DNA of 64,000 bases from an uncultured delta proteobacterium. Lineage in GTDB: Bacteria > Desulfobacterota > Binatia > UBA9968. The position numbers and the translations under genes are program-made. A model generated the notes under the pieces. The model searched no databases and was not told the origin of the DNA. It saw only the letters and a program-made list of their open reading frames with translations. Positions 38,648 through 49,260 of this stretch are shown here, piece after piece (positions within the stretch are counted from its first letter, which is position 1; every line of letters begins with the position of its first letter). Location of the stretch: positions 320,001 through 384,000 of the forward strand of contig CAVUZH010000022.1 of the NCBI GenBank assembly GCA_963745835.1. The letters run 5' to 3'.

Positions 38648-40180
38648 CTACCTCCCGGTGGTTTTTAACTCTGCTAGTTCCAGTTTGCCTCTATCAATCT
38701 TCCCCAAGGCTGTGCGGGGAAGACTGGAGACAACTTCCACTACCTTAGGGGCCTTATAGTGAGCCATGAATCGCTTGCAGTATTCGATGATATCCTCAGG
38801 CTCGACGATGGCGCCAGTCTTCGGAATTACCAAAGCCTTGACGGATTCGCCCCATTCGGGGTGCCGGCACCCGACCACGGCCACCTCTGCTACATCGGCA
38901 TGGGCACGAAGAACGACCTCGATTTCCTCGGGGAAAATACTGATCCCTGCGCTTTTGATCATACTCTTCTTTCGGCCTGAGACGTGAAGGTAGCCTTCAT
39001 CATCGAGAAAGCCGATATCTCCTGTACGGCACCAGCCATGGCTAAAAAACTCTTTGGTCGCCTCCGGGTTGCGGTAGTAGCCATCAATTGCCATGGGGGT
39101 TCGCACAAAGATTTCCCCCGCCTGTCGCAGCGGAAGTTCGCGCTCGTGATCGTCTACGATCTTCAGAACCACGGCCCAGATGGGTTGGCCGACGCTGTCG
39201 CCGTGCTCAGCCCGGTCCTCTGGCTTGATAATTGTGATTTGGCCGCAGTCAGTAGAGGCGTAGGCTTCATAGATTTGGGGCGATACTCTTTCCATCATCG
39301 CTCCGGCAAGCGCAGGAGAGAGATGTCCGGCAGAGATTCCCACGAAGCTTAAGGTCGATTTGTCGAAATGATCCAGGCGAGGATAGCGCAACAGGCGCTC
39401 ACCTATTGCGGGGACAATAATTGTATAGGTGATTCGTTCTCGTTCGATGGTGCTAACGAAGCTCTCTTCATCAAATTTATCCTGAAGAAAAATAGTCCCG
39501 CCCAGGTAAAGAAGAGTCATCGCCGATTGCCGTCCAGCATTGAAGTGAAGCGGAAGTACAAGGAGGCCCCGCTCTTTATCATTCAGCCCCTTGCTAATAG
39601 CATTGTTGAGAGAGCGGAGCGCATAGGTCTCATGATTAATGATACAGCCCTTTGGGAAGCCGGTGGTCCCCGAGGTGATCATGATGATGAACGGTTGGTT
39701 GCCGTCAACGTCGATTCCATTATTCTCCGGCGATGCGGTACTGATCGCCTCTTCGTAAGGCGTAGCTTGCGGTGTGAAAGCCCCTCCGATGAACAACACG
39801 CTTTTAGCTCCTAGGCGGTCGAGTACCAAATCGGCAGTGTCCGCTGTCTCGTGTCGTTTTTCGATGACAAATGCTCTTGGCGCAAAGAAATTGAGCATCG
39901 CATCGGATTCCTGGCAGCTCCAATGGGGATCGAAGGGAACTGCCGTAACGCCGATTCTCGCCAGAGCAAAGATGACTTCGAGGTGCTCGGCGCGATTCCC
40001 GCAGGAAAGCGCGACGCGGTCGCCAGGACAGATACCCTGCCTTAAAAAATAGTTGCCCAAACGGTTGGTTCGCGATTGAAGGTCTAAATACGTGCGCTTT
40101 ACTCTGCCGTCGTCCAGCGCCAGCTTGTTCGGAAATCGTTGCGCGTTCCGGAGTAGCGCATCTCCCATGTTAAGCTTCAT
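38648..40180 (-). CDS. acyl-CoA synthetase (AMP-binding)
   Basis: TSGTTGFPKG, YASTD, GWCRTGD, PRTALGK. Confidence 0.92.
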   Translation of the reverse strand: MKLNMGDALLRNAQRFPNKLALDDGRVKRTYLDLQSRTNRLGNYFLRQGICPGDRVALSCGNRAEHLEVIFALARIGVTAVPFDPHWSCQESDAMLNFFAPRAFVIEKRHETADTADLVLDRLGAKSVLFIGGAFTPQATPYEEAISTASPENNGIDVDGNQPFIIMITSGTTGFPKGCIINHETYALRSLNNAISKGLNDKERGLLVLPLHFNAGRQSAMTLLYLGGTIFLQDKFDEESFVSTIERERITYTIIVPAIGERLLRYPRLDHFDKSTLSFVGISAGHLSPALAGAMMERVSPQIYEAYASTDCGQITIIKPEDRAEHGDSVGQPIWAVVLKIVDDHERELPLRQAGEIFVRTPMAIDGYYRNPEATKEFFSHGWCRTGDIGFLDDEGYLHVSGRKKSMIKSAGISIFPEEIEVVLRAHADVAEVAVVGCRHPEWGESVKALVIPKTGAIVEPEDIIEYCKRFMAHYKAPKVVEVVSSLPRTALGKIDRGKLELAELKTTGR

Positions 40181-40184
40181 CAGG

Positions 40185-41186
40185 TTAGTTTCTCCAGACA
40201 GCACTGACAAAGCCGGTCTTCTCCAACTCCTGCATGAAGCTGGAATCGACCACCAAGCTTGCGTCAAAGTTCTTCGCGCGAGAATCTCGAAGCTCAATCA
40301 CTTTGAGAATAAAATCTATTCCTTTCATGTTGACATGTGGAACTTTTTCCTGAAACCGCACCACCGTTTCGTAAGACGGCTTCAACACCTCAAGATCCTT
40401 ATTCTGAGTGAACTCCGCGATAACCTTCAAAGAAAAATCTTTATTGTCCTGATAGAACTTGACCCCTTCGACGAATGCTTTCATAACCCTCAACACCGTA
40501 TCTCGATTGCTGCGTATGTATGATTTCGTGCTGGCGAAACAGCTGGCCGGATTGTAAAGACCTAATTTAGCCATATCGATGAGTTCGTTCATCCCAAGCT
40601 TTTCGGCCGCGATATCCTGTGGCGGTATAAACGATGCCGCCTCGATGATCCCCTTACTCAGTGCCGCTACCCGTTGCGGGGCTGGCCCTACAGCAATAAA
40701 GCTGACCTCTCGTTCTGGGTTTAGCCCGCGCTCTTTAAGCACATATCGCAAAATTCCGTCCTCAAGAGTCCCCAGACGCGTCACGCCGATTCTTTTGCCC
40801 TTGAGATCGGCAACCGTTTTGATTTCCGGAACGGAAAAAAGTCGCCAGAATAGCGTGTTGATGGCGCATGAAAGGAGAACGGTGTCGGCTCCTCCTATTG
40901 CCGAGGTGACGGTTGCGGCTCCGGCGAGAAACGTCAATGGAACTTGCCCGGATACCATGGCAGCTGTCAGAACTCCGCTTCCCGGAATATACACAAGCTC
41001 GACTTCGAGACCGTGTTTTCTAAAAAGTCCGCCTTTCTTCATCACATCGATCATGGCCAACGAAGCGACCGGCGCGGCATAGCCGATCACGAGCTTCTGC
41101 AGCTTCGTTCCATCGGCGGATATCGCCAGAGTTGGATGAAACAAGAGGAACACGATCAGTATTGCCGTGCAGTATTTTATCCGCAT
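40185..41186 (-). CDS. ABC substrate-binding protein, NMT1/SsuA family
   Basis: GLFRKHGLEVELV, DLKGKRIGVTR.G. Confidence 0.88.
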   Translation of the reverse strand: MRIKYCTAILIVFLLFHPTLAISADGTKLQKLVIGYAAPVASLAMIDVMKKGGLFRKHGLEVELVYIPGSGVLTAAMVSGQVPLTFLAGAATVTSAIGGADTVLLSCAINTLFWRLFSVPEIKTVADLKGKRIGVTRLGTLEDGILRYVLKERGLNPEREVSFIAVGPAPQRVAALSKGIIEAASFIPPQDIAAEKLGMNELIDMAKLGLYNPASCFASTKSYIRSNRDTVLRVMKAFVEGVKFYQDNKDFSLKVIAEFTQNKDLEVLKPSYETVVRFQEKVPHVNMKGIDFILKVIELRDSRAKNFDASLVVDSSFMQELEKTGFVSAVWRN

Positions 41187-41297
41187 GGGCGATCCCTTCC
41201 AGTTAACATGTGTTAATGAACCATCAAGCAAAAGATAATTTATTCCTTGGTAGGTATTCAGCGGAATCTGCTGATCGAAAGCAAGGCTCCACCATGG

Positions 41298-41333
41298 GCT
41301 TCAATAAGCTTCAATATCAATAAGCTTCAATAA
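41298..41333. repeat. short tandem repeat (GCTTCAATAA)n
   Basis: GCTTCAATAAGCTTCAATATCAATAAGCTTCAATAA, intergenic. Confidence 0.6.
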
Positions 41334-41430
41334 ATGAAGTGCGCGGCGAGTGATAGGCGGGTTGGATAGATGATTTAGTGTATTTAACACCGCAAATGTC
41401 ACATATCCAAGCCTTGCTCGTAAACTCTGA

Positions 41431-43593
41431 CTACTTAGCCAGCGGATCTGGCCGCAGTTGAAACTTATACACCTTCGGCCGCGTGCCTTTGCCGCCTTCC
41501 ATATGAAACGGCGCTCGAGATGCGTACGTCGACCACAATCCTTTGCCCTTCCAACCTGCTTTCGGATTATCGATGCGACCGTCCATCCATTTGGCGTAGA
41601 ACCCCATTGGATAGGGAACGCGCAAGGTGACGAACTTACCGTCGACCAACGCGAGCAGCGAGTCGTTCATGTTACCCGTTGCGATCGGCACGTCTTTGCC
41701 CAAACCGAAGGTGTCGAATTGATCGACCCATGTGTAGTAGCTCGACTCGACACTGCCGGGCTCCGTCACGTTTTGAAACTGTGGTCCGGGAAACTGATAG
41801 AGTGCCCATCCTTCTGGACAATGTTTTCCTGTAGCAGTGGGACCGTTGAGAACTTTGCATTTGCGCCGATCGAAACTTCCGAGATGCCCGCTCGAGAGTG
41901 AAACCCAGACGACGCCATTGCGGTCGATGTCCATGCCCCGCACACCATAACCATTAGCCTCGGCGGGAGCTTCGTAGATTTCAGTGAGACCGGTCTCGCT
42001 TGGATTCGGACCCGGGTTGAACCTCGCGACATAGCCGGGAAATCCCAGGGAGCTGCCCCAAACAGAAGCATCTATCGGACTAACCGCGACACCGTAGTAG
42101 CCAATGACAACCCGCTTATCCTTGTTGGGATCGACCGCCTCCTTTGGCTCGACATACTCGTCTCGTTTACCGTTGCCGTTCGTATCGAGGATAAATGGTG
42201 ACCAGCCCTGTGATTTGGCTTCATCGCCGGTTTCCTCGAACATTTTTCGATTCAGCCAGCCTATAGCGCCGGCGCCAGCGCCACCCGCACTCGTCCACAG
42301 TGTATGATTGGCATCTTCCGCGAAAACCAAATGATGCGTGGAAAAACAGGTGCTGATGAGAGTAAACTTTTTGCTCTTCGGATCGTACATCGAGAGGTGC
42401 CGGTTAGCACTGTTCAATGGGAATATCCTAGCCGATGGGTGGTCCGAGCCCCTCTTACAAAACTCCGGGTTCTCTGGCGGACGAACACGCGCGGTAAACC
42501 AGGCACGACCCTTTTCGTCCATCATCGGATTGTGGTGATTTGATTGGCTATCCCATATCGGCTCAGCGCCCCAATAGGGAGAAGGGGTCATCGGATCGGT
42601 TTTTGCCGACGGGGTGTTCGGGTCGCGCACCGGGTGCTTGATTTCCGTTGCCTTATGCCGAACCGGGTCCAACACCGGAACGAAGTCCGTACTCAATTCA
42701 GTTGCACCATAGATCAACCCATTTGCGTTCACCGTGGGATTGCGCTTATCTGTGGAGATCTCATCGTGAAGATAAGCTGTCGGGCGGCTCCAATCCCAGA
42801 TCGTGATCACAACATTGCGTTCGACATTCTGTGGGCGCTCCGGCTTAGACTTCGGAAATTCACCGGCGGCAATTCGATCAGTCCAATCAGCCCAGAGGTC
42901 CACAGATTTTTTTGGGCCAAGTTCTTTAATGCGGGTCAGCATCGTAGTCATCGCCTGTCCAGACACAAGGCGGCGTTGCCATGCGTCGGCTGACGATTTA
43001 AACTCGCCCAGTTCTTTTGGAATCGTCCGGGTCGCTTTGTTACCCAGTTGATGGCATGACATGCAACCGTTGGTTTTAACTATGTTCAGCCACTCGCCCT
43101 GGCTTTTAATAATTTCTCCAATGCCATTGTCGCCGGTACCGGGGAACTCGGCTTTCTCCGGGATCTTCAGCATGGAATACCAAAAGATGGCAGGGTAATA
43201 TTCCGCTGCCTTAGCTTCATCCGGAGACACTAATGCCTTCAAGTTAAGTGTCTTACCGGGCGCAGCTTTAACCTTCGGCGAATCCACCAGACCATAGCCG
43301 CGCACCCACACAGCGTAGTTGGCTTTCGGAAGGTCCGGGATTACGTAACGTCCTTGATCATCGGTAACTACGATCTTGGCGAATTTGGTGGGAAGATCAC
43401 TAGTCTCGGCGATAACCCAAACACCGGCTTCCGGCCCGTTGGCGGCGCTGACGATTCCGCCTATGTCATCGGCATCGATGGCCACCTTAGCATTTTTTGA
43501 TTGTTGACCGCCCAACTCGACCGGCGAGAGCGCAAACAAACCACATACAACCAGCGACAACACGCAGAGAGATAATCTCTGTTTCGGTCTCAT
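41431..43593 (-). CDS. large secreted protein: carboxypeptidase-regulatory-like N-domain, CxxCH, probable beta-propeller
   Basis: GPEAGVWVIAET, VVTDDQGRY, WVRGYGLVDS, CMSCH; ends FQLRPDPLAK. Confidence 0.85.
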   Translation of the reverse strand: MRPKQRLSLCVLSLVVCGLFALSPVELGGQQSKNAKVAIDADDIGGIVSAANGPEAGVWVIAETSDLPTKFAKIVVTDDQGRYVIPDLPKANYAVWVRGYGLVDSPKVKAAPGKTLNLKALVSPDEAKAAEYYPAIFWYSMLKIPEKAEFPGTGDNGIGEIIKSQGEWLNIVKTNGCMSCHQLGNKATRTIPKELGEFKSSADAWQRRLVSGQAMTTMLTRIKELGPKKSVDLWADWTDRIAAGEFPKSKPERPQNVERNVVITIWDWSRPTAYLHDEISTDKRNPTVNANGLIYGATELSTDFVPVLDPVRHKATEIKHPVRDPNTPSAKTDPMTPSPYWGAEPIWDSQSNHHNPMMDEKGRAWFTARVRPPENPEFCKRGSDHPSARIFPLNSANRHLSMYDPKSKKFTLISTCFSTHHLVFAEDANHTLWTSAGGAGAGAIGWLNRKMFEETGDEAKSQGWSPFILDTNGNGKRDEYVEPKEAVDPNKDKRVVIGYYGVAVSPIDASVWGSSLGFPGYVARFNPGPNPSETGLTEIYEAPAEANGYGVRGMDIDRNGVVWVSLSSGHLGSFDRRKCKVLNGPTATGKHCPEGWALYQFPGPQFQNVTEPGSVESSYYTWVDQFDTFGLGKDVPIATGNMNDSLLALVDGKFVTLRVPYPMGFYAKWMDGRIDNPKAGWKGKGLWSTYASRAPFHMEGGKGTRPKVYKFQLRPDPLAK

Positions 43594-43858
43594 ATGTGGT
43601 CTCCTTTCAGTTTCCAGTCTTCAGCTTGAATGTTCGCTAACGTCACAGCATGAAGATTTCAGTATCAAAACATGGGCAACATTGTGCAGGGTGAATAAAG
43701 AATCCTACATCAGCCAACTTGCTCGAGGTTCATAGGGCTGCGGTGTGATTTGAACTATGCTTAGAGAGGAACGGGGAGAACTCTTTCGTTACAGCTCTAC
43801 GAGCTGACGATTTAGTCTCCCCGTCTGAGTTCCGCCTTCCTCTGACTAGCGATCGTTT

Positions 43859-45997
43859 TTACTTCGCCAAGGGGTCAGGCCGGAGCTGGAAGTGCACCGC
43901 GAGCGGCTTGGACCCCTTGCCGTTCTCCATTAGCCATGGTGTACGGTCGCCGCTCGAGCTCCATAAGCCACGCCCTTTCCAACCGGCTTTAGGATCATCG
44001 ATGCGCCCGTCGAATCCTTTTGCGTAAAACCCCATCGGATACGGCACGGTCAACAGGATCATCTTGCCGTCCTTCATCGCGACCAAACCGTGCTGCAAAT
44101 TGGCGGTGGACATCGGCACGTCTTCGCCGAGCCCAAAGGTGTTGTGCTGATCGACCCAGGAGTAGTAGCTCGACTCCGCGCTGTTCTCTCCGATGCCCTG
44201 AAAGCCAGGGCCGGGATACTTGTAGAATGACCAGCCTTCGGCGCAGTGATCGCCGGTCGCTTTCGGACCGTTGAGAGGTCCTTTGCATTTGCTGCGGTCG
44301 AAACTAGCGAGATGTCCGCTCGCGAGGGATGCCCAAACAACACCTTTCTTATCGATGTCGGCGCCGCGAATGCCATATCCGGGCAGCGGCACTTTGTAGA
44401 TCTCGGCAAGCGCCGTCTCCGACGGATTCGGTCCCGGAGCGATGCGCACCACCGCGCCGGGGAAATCACGAAACGAGCCCCACACCGAGCCGTCGGCCGG
44501 GTTGGGCATTACAGCATAAAAGCCGGCCGAAATTCGCTTGTCCTTCGTTGGATCCGCCGGCTGGTTTGGCTCTACGTATGCGTCACGCTTGCCGTTGCCG
44601 TTCGTATCGAGGATCATCGGCGTCCATCCCTGCGCTTTGGCCGCATCGCCGGTTTGATCGAATATCTTCATGTCGAGCCATCCCACCACCTGCCCCCCAC
44701 CGCTGGTCCATAGCCTGTCGTTGGCATCGAACTGTAAATGATGCGTCCCGAAGCAGGTGTCGATGAAGGTATACTTCATGGTCTTTGGATCGAGCATCGA
44801 GAGGTGACGATTCGCGCGCTCCGTCGGAAATGCTTTGGCCGAAGGATGGTCAGAGCCCTTCTTACAAAACGCCGGATTATCGGGGCCGCGAACCGCCGCC
44901 GCGAACCACACACGTCCGTTCCGGTCGAACATACCGTTGTGATTATTAGCCTTGCTTTTCCAGACCTGCTCGTTGCCCCAATAAGGTGATGGCTGCATCG
45001 GTTTGTCTGCCGTCGCAGGGGGCGTATCCGGATCGCGCACGGGCGCCGGAAAGTTCTTGGTAGCGTGAGTTTTCGGATCAAGGATGGGGATAACGTCTAC
45101 GCTAAGCTCGGTCGAGCCGTACACCGGGCCATAGGCATTCACGGTTGGAAAACGACGATCGGAGGCGATCAGGTCGTGCAGGTAATGCTTGTCATCGAGC
45201 CAATCCCAAGTGGTGACGACGATGTTGCGCTCGACGCCTTGAGGCCGCGGCGGCTTTGCGTGAGGCAGTTCGCCCTTGGCAACGCGGTCGGTCCAGTCAG
45301 CTAGATAAGGAAACGCCGCGCCGCCGAGTTCTTTAACGGCATCGCGAAACATCGTGTGGCCGCCTTGTCCGGATTGGACGCGGCGAAACCACGCTTCCTC
45401 GGAATTGGCGAACTTGCCCAGGGGAAACGGCACATTCGCAGGAAACGTGCGCATCGAGCGCTGGCCGATCGCATGGCAATTGGCGCAGCCGTTGCTCTTC
45501 ATCAAGTTTAGGTATTCATTCTGCGTCAGCTTCGCTGGAATCTTGCCTTTGCCGCCGAACTCACCTTTGTCGGGAACCTTCATCATCGAATACCAATACA
45601 CCGACGGATAATATTGCGCCGCGGCGGCTTCGTTCGGCGCTATTGTCGCGGTGAGATTGAGGATCGTTCCGGGAGCCGCTTTGACTTTCTCGGAATCGAC
45701 CAGGCCATAGCCGCGCACCCACAAGTTGAAATTGGCCTTCGGCAAATCGGGAAGCACGTATCGGCCCTGATCATCGGTGACCACCATCCGTGCAAATCGA
45801 GTGGGAAGATCGTTGGTTTCGGCGATTACCCAGACGCCGGCCTCCGGTCCCTTTGCGCTCGTGACTATACCTCCGATATCGTCGTTATCGATCCGAACCG
45901 CGCTCGCTTCGTCGCTCTTTTGGGCCGCGCAAGCGGCGATAACGGCGGCGATGATTACTGCCAATATGCTCAGGTAAAGACTTTGTTTCCTTCTCAT
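43859..45997 (-). CDS. paralog of the 41431-43593 gene, lipoprotein form
   Basis: Same blocks; CANCH; lipobox IAAC; ends FQLRPDPLAK; AAAGGAG RBS before ATG 45997. Confidence 0.85.
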   Translation of the reverse strand: MRRKQSLYLSILAVIIAAVIAACAAQKSDEASAVRIDNDDIGGIVTSAKGPEAGVWVIAETNDLPTRFARMVVTDDQGRYVLPDLPKANFNLWVRGYGLVDSEKVKAAPGTILNLTATIAPNEAAAAQYYPSVYWYSMMKVPDKGEFGGKGKIPAKLTQNEYLNLMKSNGCANCHAIGQRSMRTFPANVPFPLGKFANSEEAWFRRVQSGQGGHTMFRDAVKELGGAAFPYLADWTDRVAKGELPHAKPPRPQGVERNIVVTTWDWLDDKHYLHDLIASDRRFPTVNAYGPVYGSTELSVDVIPILDPKTHATKNFPAPVRDPDTPPATADKPMQPSPYWGNEQVWKSKANNHNGMFDRNGRVWFAAAVRGPDNPAFCKKGSDHPSAKAFPTERANRHLSMLDPKTMKYTFIDTCFGTHHLQFDANDRLWTSGGGQVVGWLDMKIFDQTGDAAKAQGWTPMILDTNGNGKRDAYVEPNQPADPTKDKRISAGFYAVMPNPADGSVWGSFRDFPGAVVRIAPGPNPSETALAEIYKVPLPGYGIRGADIDKKGVVWASLASGHLASFDRSKCKGPLNGPKATGDHCAEGWSFYKYPGPGFQGIGENSAESSYYSWVDQHNTFGLGEDVPMSTANLQHGLVAMKDGKMILLTVPYPMGFYAKGFDGRIDDPKAGWKGRGLWSSSGDRTPWLMENGKGSKPLAVHFQLRPDPLAK

Positions 45998-46615
45998 CCA
46001 GCGGCTCCTTTCAGTTTCACAAAGCATCAAAATACCCAATCCAGCAGATCTGCGAACGCCTTTGAACCACCCATGCTCGCCATCGAATAAGTCGCGTCTT
46101 AGCGTTCTCGGATTTCGGTCGGAGATTATCCAAGAACAAACTCGGGTGTCAACTGGAAACACCGGTGTGGTGATAGTTCAGCGAAAATAATCACCCCAAG
46201 CTGTTCAGCGATTCTGACAGCCATCGGCAGGATCTTCTCCGAGACGGAGACGGGATGAGCGAACGTGAAATGAGGCTGAGTCCGAGAGCATTTACACCGA
46301 CTGCAGCGCGAATTATTCGGCGACGGGCGCGGCGCCACATTAGTCTCGGCTACGTTAATAAAGCAGCACTGAACCTTGCTCAAGCAGATTGCGTCGCGGC
46401 AAGAAGACTGGACGGATTAAGGGTGGATTGTCAATGTCGTCGGCATAGCGCTTCCGGGTGCGCCATGCCGGAGGACCCTGAATGGGCTCTCGCCACCTGG
46501 TTATAACCATGTGGGTTAAGACCGGAAATTTTTGCCTCTGGCAGACCTTGACTAGTCCCTTATCGCGATTAAATTTTAGTCAGAAATTAACGATGATAAA
46601 AAGGAGGTATTAGGT

Positions 46616-47086
46616 ATGTTCGGTGAACTGATGAGATTTAATCCGTCGGAGGAACTGTCAAACTGGCACCGTGACATTGACGACCTGTTTAGTCGGTTCT
46701 TCGGACGCTCTGAAGCTCCTTCTTCTTTGGGCAACTGGGTGCCTCGGATGGAGACATACCGCAAGGACAATGAGTACGTCTTACGATTCGATCTCCCGGG
46801 TGTAAATCCCAACGACGTTCAGGTCCAAGCGGAAGGAAATGTTCTGTCCATCTCCGGGGAACGAAAATCAGAAGAGAAGAAAGAGGGTTATCAGGAGACT
46901 TTTTACGGCAAATTCGAACGGACGGTAGCTCTGCCGCAAGGCATCGAAGCTGACAAGATTGCCGCCCGCTATGAACATGGTGTTCTTGAGATCCATGTGC
47001 CGCTTCCGACGCAGCTTTCTGGACGCAAGATCCCGGTTCAGATCGAGCAAAAAGAGAACAAGAAGTTGGAGTCCAAAGCCGCGTGA
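46616..47086 (+). CDS. Hsp20/alpha-crystallin small heat-shock protein
   Basis: DLPGV, GERK, YGKFERTVALP, YEHGVLEI. Confidence 0.93.
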   Translation: MFGELMRFNPSEELSNWHRDIDDLFSRFFGRSEAPSSLGNWVPRMETYRKDNEYVLRFDLPGVNPNDVQVQAEGNVLSISGERKSEEKKEGYQETFYGKFERTVALPQGIEADKIAARYEHGVLEIHVPLPTQLSGRKIPVQIEQKENKKLESKAA

Positions 47087-47127
47087 TTTAGAACCGGCTT
47101 TTTAACCCGCCCTCTCTCGGCGGCTAT

Positions 47128-47156
47128 AAAGGTCCCCAATAGGGGACCTTTTTTTT
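47128..47156 (+). terminator. intrinsic terminator
   Basis: AAAGGTCCCC-AATA-GGGGACCTTTTTTTT between convergent hsp20 and glgB. Confidence 0.85.
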
Positions 47157-47268
47157 GGTCCCCTGACGAGTTTGTTCATGGACCCGTCGGCGACTTCTAC
47201 AGAAATCTTCGAACGTTCTTTGGTGTGAAAATAGCTTGGCGGCGCAGATTACTGTATCGGATGCCTAC

Positions 47269-49176
47269 TCATCCGGAGTTTCTAAACAGCGAAACCGCCA
47301 GCGGCGGTAAGGTGAGGGTCAACGAGTGCGGCCGCGCATGGAGCGGGATCGGCACGGTTGAGACTCCGCCCAAGTTGCCCATATTGCTGCCGCCATAACG
47401 GGCAGAATCGCTGTTCAACAATTCTTCCCAGTGCCCTGCCCGCGGCGCTCCTAATCGGTAGCTATAGCGGGGCACCGGGGTGAAATTACAGACCACTAGA
47501 ATCAAATCCTGGGTCGATTTTCCCTTGCGAATGAGACTGATCACACTATGCTCGGCATCGTCACAATCGATCCACTCAAAGCCGCCGGGATCACAGTCGA
47601 GCTCATGAAGCGCGGGATCGTTGCGATACAAATGATTGAGATCGCTGACCCAGTCCTTTAATCCTCGATGCATTGGATCGCTCAGCAATTCCCAGGGTAA
47701 GCTGCCGTCGTGCGCCCATTCGCTCGGCTGGCCGAACTCGCCGCCCATGAAAAGCATCTTCTTGCCCGGCTGCGCGTACATATAGCCATAAAGCGCGCGC
47801 AGGTTGGCAAACTTCTGCCAGCGGTCGCCGGGCATCTTGCCCATCAAGGAACCTTTGCCATAGACCACCTCGTCGTGAGAAAGCGGCAAGACAAAGTTTT
47901 CATGGAATGCGTAGATCATCCGAAAGGTCAGCTTGTTGTGATGATAGCGCCGGTGCACCGGATCGCGGCTCATGTACTCCAAGGTGTCATGCATCCAGCC
48001 CATGTCCCACTTCAGCCCAAAACCTAGACCGCCGAGATAGATGGGACGCGAAACCATCGGCCAGGAAGTCGACTCTTCGGCGATTGTCTGGATCGCCGGG
48101 TAATGCTGGTACACCTCCTGGTTCATGCGTCTGATAAAATTGATCGCTTCCAAGTTTTCATGACCGCCGTACTTGTTTGGAATCCATTCGCCCTGCCGGC
48201 GTCCGTAATCGAGGTAGAGCATGGAGGCTACGGCGTCGACCCGCAAATCATCGACATGATAACGGTCGAGCCAGAACATGGCGTTGCTGATCAGAAAGCT
48301 TTGCACCTCCGAACGGCCGTAGTTGAAAATGTAGCTCTTCCATTCGGGATGATAGCCCTGGCGCGGGTCGGCATGCTCGTAAAGATGCGTGCCGTCGAAG
48401 AATGCCAGGCCGTGCTCGTCGGTGGGGAAGTGCGACGGCACCCAATCAAAGATAACCCCGATATCGTGCTGGTGCAGATAATCGATCAGGTACATCAAAT
48501 CCTGCGGCGTGCCGTAGTTCCCGGAGGGGGCAAAGTAACCGGTGATCTGGTATCCCCATGAGCCGAAAAACGGGTGGTCCATGATCGGCAGAAACTCCAC
48601 ATGGGTATAGCCCAGATGCTGAAGGTACTCGGCCAGTGGTGCGGCAAGCTCTCGATAGGACAAAGACCGGTTGCCTTGCTCGAGCACGCGGCGCCAGGAA
48701 CCGATATGCATTTCGTAGATCGCCATGGGTTTGTCGAGCCGGTTATGCTGCTGCCGCTTGGCCATCCATTCCTGATCGTTCCACTGATAGTCGAGATCCC
48801 AGACAATCGATGCGGTCTTGGGCGGAATCTCATTGAAGCAAGAAAAAGGGTCGGCCTTCTCGACGCGATAACCGCTCACGCGCGAGCGGATGTGATACTT
48901 ATACAGGCTGCCTTGACCAATGCCGGGAACGAAGCCTTCCCAGATCCCGGTGCTGCCTTTCGGAGAAAGCGGCTGGCGGCTCTTGTCCCAGTCGTTGAAG
49001 TTGCCGATCACCGAAACCTGTTCCGCGTTGGGCGCCCAGACGGCGAAGTAAGTGCCGCGTTCGTTGGCGTGCTGCACTACGTGGGCGCCGAGCTTGTCAT
49101 AGAGACGAAAATGGCTGCCCTCATTGAATAGATGGCTGTCATCGGCGGTGATGAGGCTGAAGCCGCGATTAGACAT
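47269..49176 (-). CDS. glgB: 1,4-alpha-glucan branching enzyme
   Basis: FAVWAPNA, SWGYQ, DWVPSHFP, LRVDAVASMLY, AEEST, LPLSHDEVV. Confidence 0.96.
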   Translation of the reverse strand: MSNRGFSLITADDSHLFNEGSHFRLYDKLGAHVVQHANERGTYFAVWAPNAEQVSVIGNFNDWDKSRQPLSPKGSTGIWEGFVPGIGQGSLYKYHIRSRVSGYRVEKADPFSCFNEIPPKTASIVWDLDYQWNDQEWMAKRQQHNRLDKPMAIYEMHIGSWRRVLEQGNRSLSYRELAAPLAEYLQHLGYTHVEFLPIMDHPFFGSWGYQITGYFAPSGNYGTPQDLMYLIDYLHQHDIGVIFDWVPSHFPTDEHGLAFFDGTHLYEHADPRQGYHPEWKSYIFNYGRSEVQSFLISNAMFWLDRYHVDDLRVDAVASMLYLDYGRRQGEWIPNKYGGHENLEAINFIRRMNQEVYQHYPAIQTIAEESTSWPMVSRPIYLGGLGFGLKWDMGWMHDTLEYMSRDPVHRRYHHNKLTFRMIYAFHENFVLPLSHDEVVYGKGSLMGKMPGDRWQKFANLRALYGYMYAQPGKKMLFMGGEFGQPSEWAHDGSLPWELLSDPMHRGLKDWVSDLNHLYRNDPALHELDCDPGGFEWIDCDDAEHSVISLIRKGKSTQDLILVVCNFTPVPRYSYRLGAPRAGHWEELLNSDSARYGGSNMGNLGGVSTVPIPLHARPHSLTLTLPPLAVSLFRNSG

Positions 49177-49260
49177 TATTACTTAACTCCTTGACGGAAG
49201 CAGACGGGAGAGCTTCTGCTCGACCGCCAACATTCACGAAGTACAATAACAGGTAGAGTA

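Noticed and set aside
41298-41333. Possible CRISPR or iteron array
   Set aside because: Units are only ~10 bp with no spacers and no cas genes; it is a simple tandem repeat.
46577-46600. CIRCE operator before hsp20
   Set aside because: TTAGTCAG...GATGATAA departs too far from TTAGCACTC-N9-GAGTGCTAA.
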